Positions 60,267-64,000 of a stretch of 64,000 nucleotides of DNA are shown here, one piece after another. Positions within the stretch are counted from its first letter, which is position 1. Every line of letters begins with the position of its first letter. Both the position numbers and the translations under genes were made by a program. Under the pieces are notes generated by a model that made no database searches, was not told the origin of the DNA, and saw only the letters and a list, made by a program, of their open reading frames with translations. This DNA comes from an uncultured Candidatus Saccharibacteria bacterium (GTDB lineage Bacteria > Patescibacteriota > Minisyncoccia > Phycocordibacterales > CAIZLB01), in the NCBI GenBank assembly GCA_964467385.1, contig CAYXQC010000004.1, positions 9,429-73,428 of the forward strand. Direction: 5' to 3'.

Positions 60267-60432
60267 GACCAATCAGCTCAAAGCGACAACTCTCAAAGCA
60301 CTCAGATTAAACCCTGAGTGCTTTTTAAATTTTCAAATCAATTTTTTTTAAAAAAATTGAGCAAAATTTCACATATATCATACAGCGCAAAAAACTGGCA
60401 CAAAGTAGAAAAAATGCTACTATATTTACACT

Positions 60433-61434
60433 ATGTCAGACACACACACGCCGTCACAATCTAAAAAGATTCTCATATCCGGGATCAAATCTACTGGCCG
60501 ACCACATATTGGAAATTACTTTGGTGCCATGAAGCAATATATAGAAATGCAAGACCAATACGACACTCGTATTTTTATTGCAGACCTCCATTCACTCACT
60601 AGTATCCAAAACGGCGAGGAACTTGCCCAGTCGACACTCGATCTCGCCATAGACTATCTCGCAATCGGTCTTGATCCTGAAAAAGTGACCATTTTTAAAC
60701 AATCGGATCTCCCTGAAGTAGCTGAGCTCGGTTGGATTTTCAACTGTATTACAACTATGCCGTACTTGATGCGAGCACATGCGTTTAAGGATGCTGAGGC
60801 AAAAAACAAAGAGATCAATGTTGGTGTTTTTGATTATCCAATGCTTATGGCTGCTGATATTCTTATTCACAATGCTGACATTGTACCGGTTGGAAAAGAT
60901 CAAAAGCAGCACGTAGAATTTGCACGTGATACTGCTGAAAAATTTAACCGAATTTTCAAGGGCGATGGTAAATCATGTCCAGAAGGAGAAGAACTTTTTA
61001 AACTCCCTGAAGCAAGTATCATAGATGCAGTTGAAACTGTACCAGGTATTGATGGACAAAAAATGAGCAAAAGCTATAACAATCACATTCCATTGTTTTC
61101 AACAGACGAAGAATTAACAAAACTTGTGATGTCTATTGTGACTGATTCAAATGGTGGAGTGCCACAGAATGTATATAATATTCACAAACTTTTCCGAGAC
61201 GAAGGATATCTCAAAAAGCTATATAGTGAAAATGAAGGAAAGTACAAAGCACTCAAAGACGCACTTCTTGCTGACATGATCGCTTTCGTTAAACCACTTC
61301 GTGATCGACGGGCAGAAATTGCAAAAGATCCAGATGCTGTTCGAAAACTTCTTGCTCGAAACGGCGCAACAATGCGAGAACATACCCATGCGCTTATGTA
61401 TGAAGTACGAAAGGCTGTAGGGTTGATTGTTTAA
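60433..61434 (+). CDS. trpS: tryptophanyl-tRNA synthetase
   Basis: HIGH variant PHIGNYFGA. KMSKS (QKMSKSYNN). Confidence 0.9.
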   Translation: MSDTHTPSQSKKILISGIKSTGRPHIGNYFGAMKQYIEMQDQYDTRIFIADLHSLTSIQNGEELAQSTLDLAIDYLAIGLDPEKVTIFKQSDLPEVAELGWIFNCITTMPYLMRAHAFKDAEAKNKEINVGVFDYPMLMAADILIHNADIVPVGKDQKQHVEFARDTAEKFNRIFKGDGKSCPEGEELFKLPEASIIDAVETVPGIDGQKMSKSYNNHIPLFSTDEELTKLVMSIVTDSNGGVPQNVYNIHKLFRDEGYLKKLYSENEGKYKALKDALLADMIAFVKPLRDRRAEIAKDPDAVRKLLARNGATMREHTHALMYEVRKAVGLIV

Positions 61435-61581
61435 AAATCGAAAACCTACTAACTTGAAACCACCTTTTAAAATAGTCCTTTTTTTGCTATACTCTCCAGA
61501 TATTAAGAGCGACAAAAAAGGTACATCATCGTACTAAAAGATGCCGCACCAAGGCAACAAAAAGCCACATAAACCAAACCA

Positions 61582-63018
61582 ATGTCACAAAGAGTATTCA
61601 TTAGAGATCTGAAAACACACGAAGGTCAGGAAGTTACCATAAAGGGCTGGGTAGATGTCCGACGAGACCAGGGCAAGCTTATTTTCTTTGACTTTCGAGA
61701 CATGACAGGGAAGGTCCAGGGTGTGATTTTGCCAAATGCTACAGATGCACATGTAGTTGGCTCTACAGCACGGCCTGAATGGGTGGTTGAAGTTATTGGA
61801 AAAGTTAACCCTCGGCCCGAGCGAAACATACAGGCTGACAAACAAAATGGCGATATCGAGCTTGAAGTTCTCGGTATGAAAGTGTTGAATGAAGCAGAAA
61901 CGCCGCCATTTGATATTCACGCGGATACACGAGAGGTAAATGAAGAGACACGACTTAAGTATCGATATGTTGATCTTCGAGGGGAGCGCCTTCAGAAAAA
62001 TATTCGAAATCGTGCAAAGATTATTTCACATATTCGGAATTTTTTGGGCGGCATTGATTTTACAGAAATCGAAACACCACTCCTTACAAAATCAACTCCC
62101 GAAGGAGCACGAGACTACATCGTACCATCACGACTTGATCGTGGCCTCTTCTACGCACTCCCGCAATCTCCTCAGCAGTACAAACAACTTCTGATGTCAG
62201 CAGGCATAGAGCAGTATTTTCAGATCGCAAAATGCATGCGAGATGAAGACACACGAGGTGATCGACAGCCAGAATTCACACAACTCGACATGGAACTTTC
62301 TTTCGCAACAGAGGAAGAGATTATGGCGATTACGGAACAACTCCTTATCGAAATTGTAACAAAACTGTATCCTCACAAAAAGATTCAACAGATTCCATTC
62401 CCGCGAATCCCATACACTGAGGCAATGGCTAAATACAATATTGACCGACCAGATATTCGAGAAAATAAAGAAGATCCGAACTTACTGGCATTTTGCTGGG
62501 TTATTGATTTTCCATTCTTTGAGAAAAATGAAAAACAGAATGGTACAGGTGGAGGTGTGAGCCAGTGGACGTTTACCCACAATCCATTTTCAGCCGCAAA
62601 GCCTGATCATCATGAAAAATTGATGTCATCAAAAGCATCTGATACTGACCTCCAAACAATCACAGCTGCACAGTACGACATTGTATTGAATGGTTACGAA
62701 ATCGGCGGAGGAAGCGTACGAAATCATCAACCAGAAGCCCTCCTCAAAGTTTTTGAAATTATGGGTTACGACCGAGAAACGGTAGAGAAAAATTTTGCGC
62801 ATATGCTTCATGCATTTAGAAGTGGAACTCCTCCACATGGAGGCATTGCGTGGGGTCTCGATCGTCTGATCATGCTTCTTGAAAATGAGCCAAACATCCG
62901 CGAAGTGATCGCATTCCCAAAGACAGGTGAGGGTCGAGATCCAATGATGGAATCTCCAAGTGAAGTAAATCCTGACCAGCTACGAGACCTTGGGTTGGTT
63001 GTTAATAAAGGGAAATAA
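61582..63018 (+). CDS. aspS: aspartyl-tRNA synthetase, archaeal/eukaryal-type short form (Asp/Asn specificity not resolvable by eye)
   Basis: N-terminal OB fold. Class II motifs FYALPQSPQQYKQLLM, FRDEDTRGDRQPEFTQLDME, GGGSVRNHQPE. Confidence 0.75.
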   Translation: MSQRVFIRDLKTHEGQEVTIKGWVDVRRDQGKLIFFDFRDMTGKVQGVILPNATDAHVVGSTARPEWVVEVIGKVNPRPERNIQADKQNGDIELEVLGMKVLNEAETPPFDIHADTREVNEETRLKYRYVDLRGERLQKNIRNRAKIISHIRNFLGGIDFTEIETPLLTKSTPEGARDYIVPSRLDRGLFYALPQSPQQYKQLLMSAGIEQYFQIAKCMRDEDTRGDRQPEFTQLDMELSFATEEEIMAITEQLLIEIVTKLYPHKKIQQIPFPRIPYTEAMAKYNIDRPDIRENKEDPNLLAFCWVIDFPFFEKNEKQNGTGGGVSQWTFTHNPFSAAKPDHHEKLMSSKASDTDLQTITAAQYDIVLNGYEIGGGSVRNHQPEALLKVFEIMGYDRETVEKNFAHMLHAFRSGTPPHGGIAWGLDRLIMLLENEPNIREVIAFPKTGEGRDPMMESPSEVNPDQLRDLGLVVNKGK

Positions 63019-63070
63019 ATTTCCCTTTAAGTTAAGCTGGGTCAGCAATAATGTAGTACAATATCTACAA

Positions 63071-63892
63071 ATGAATCCTGAACAGTCTACTGCAACAACT
63101 AATATACGAGCTACAGCGGCACCTACAGCCTCAAAAACCAACATCTTCACCATCAAGACCGAAGTCTTCGAGGGACCTCTTGACCTTTTGCTTACCCTTA
63201 TCGAAAAGCGCAAACTTTTCATAAATGATATTTCACTTGCAAAAGTAACAGATGAATACATCCAGTTTGTAAACAGATTAGGGGAATATTCTCTCAGCGA
63301 CCGAACTCAATTTATCTATATTGCATCGACACTACTTCTTGTAAAAGCAAAATCTCTCTTGCCGACCCTTAACCTAACTGAAGAGGAGCAGAGCGATGTA
63401 AAAGATCTCGAGCGACGATTGAAAGAACTTGAAATGATGCGACGAGCCAGCGAAACCATTCAAAAACTTTTTGGCGCACAATATATTTTTCCACGAGGAG
63501 GATTTGACGGAAATTTTAAAACAGAAATACCTGAACTTTTTGTGCCAAGCAAAGACCTGTCTTTGTCGAGTCTCACTGATGCCATAAGTCGAGTACTGAC
63601 TTCATTGCCAAAAAAGGCTCCAACAGCTCCAAAAGTAACAGTTAGAAAAACTATCAGCCTTGAGGAAATGATCGGCCGCCTAACTGACCGAATTAAAACC
63701 GCCGTTAAAATGAGCTTTAGAGAATTTAGTGGCCACACAAAGGTAAATAAAGAGGAGCGAGTCCATGTCATTGTAAGTTTCTTGGCAATGCTCGAACTTG
63801 TAAAACAAGGAGTACTCGATGCACACCAAGAAGGCTTATTCGACGAGATCCATATGGAGACAGGGGAAGTTGGGGTGCCACGGTATCATTAA
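63071..63892 (+). CDS. scpA: segregation and condensation protein A
   Basis: FEGPLDLLLTLIEKRKLFINDISLAKVTDEYIQ. Start taken at the internal ATG at 63071; the track's 62990 overlaps aspS. Confidence 0.8.
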   Translation: MNPEQSTATTNIRATAAPTASKTNIFTIKTEVFEGPLDLLLTLIEKRKLFINDISLAKVTDEYIQFVNRLGEYSLSDRTQFIYIASTLLLVKAKSLLPTLNLTEEEQSDVKDLERRLKELEMMRRASETIQKLFGAQYIFPRGGFDGNFKTEIPELFVPSKDLSLSSLTDAISRVLTSLPKKAPTAPKVTVRKTISLEEMIGRLTDRIKTAVKMSFREFSGHTKVNKEERVHVIVSFLAMLELVKQGVLDAHQEGLFDEIHMETGEVGVPRYH

Positions 63893-64000
63893 TTTACCCA
63901 CAAAAACCCTCCTAAAAAGGGCCTATAAAGCCCTAGGATATGCTAGTATAGGAAACATACATATCTGCACGCCTAGGCGCGATTTTTAGTAGCTACAGGA

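Noticed and set aside
1-64000. CRISPR array, rRNA genes, prophage structural genes
   Set aside because: No short direct repeats with regular spacing were seen. No rRNA-like conserved stretches were seen. No capsid, terminase or portal-like ORFs were seen.

Overview
This 64-kb window is AT-rich (~40% GC), with short intergenic spacers and almost all housekeeping genes on the + strand. Its content is typical of a small-genome bacterium, possibly Patescibacteria/CPR-like: four aminoacyl-tRNA synthetase genes (leuS, a short alaS, trpS, aspS) and a partial ribosomal-protein/rpoA operon (infA-rpmJ-rpsM-rpsK-rpsD-rpoA-rplQ, then rplM-rpsI). It also carries grpE-dnaK-dnaJ, a class I ribonucleotide reductase (nrdAB), ddl, mnmA, ychF, pepF, scpA, two MltG paralogs, an ECF sigma/anti-sigma pair and three paralogous orphan sensor kinases.

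The most unusual region lies directly downstream of a tRNA-Ala(UGC) gene at 1609-1681. It is a ~5-kb island of small cassettes, each built as promoter, small ORF, terminator. Three copies of a near-identical sigma70-type promoter (TTGAC(T/G)-N17-TACTAT-CCGTGC) each sit inside an inverted repeat. A direct repeat of the tRNA 3' end lies about 190 bp downstream of the tRNA. An IS481-family insertion sequence with perfect 26-bp terminal inverted repeats has landed inside one promoter module. The cassettes include a stand-alone RpoA alpha-CTD-like protein and a sigma region-4-like HTH protein.

Other points worth follow-up:
- A ~450-nt GC-rich, hairpin-dense, apparently non-coding minus-strand transcription unit between the rpsI operon and grpE, with its own promoter and terminator. 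It is a candidate structured RNA; RNase P RNA or tmRNA are the natural guesses but neither could be confirmed.
- A 690-bp GC-rich gene-free gap containing a 55-codon putative lipopeptide ORF.
- An ATP-cone/Mrr-like nuclease gene next to a Cas4-like PD-(D/E)XK nuclease gene.
- An NrdB whose metal-site signature reads as class Ic (Glu/Phe variant).
- An acyl-ACP-reductase-family gene next to plsC.
- A 1279-aa surface protein with about ten tandem Ig-like (DUF5011-type) repeats and a C-terminal peptidoglycan-binding domain.

No CRISPR array and no rRNA genes were seen.
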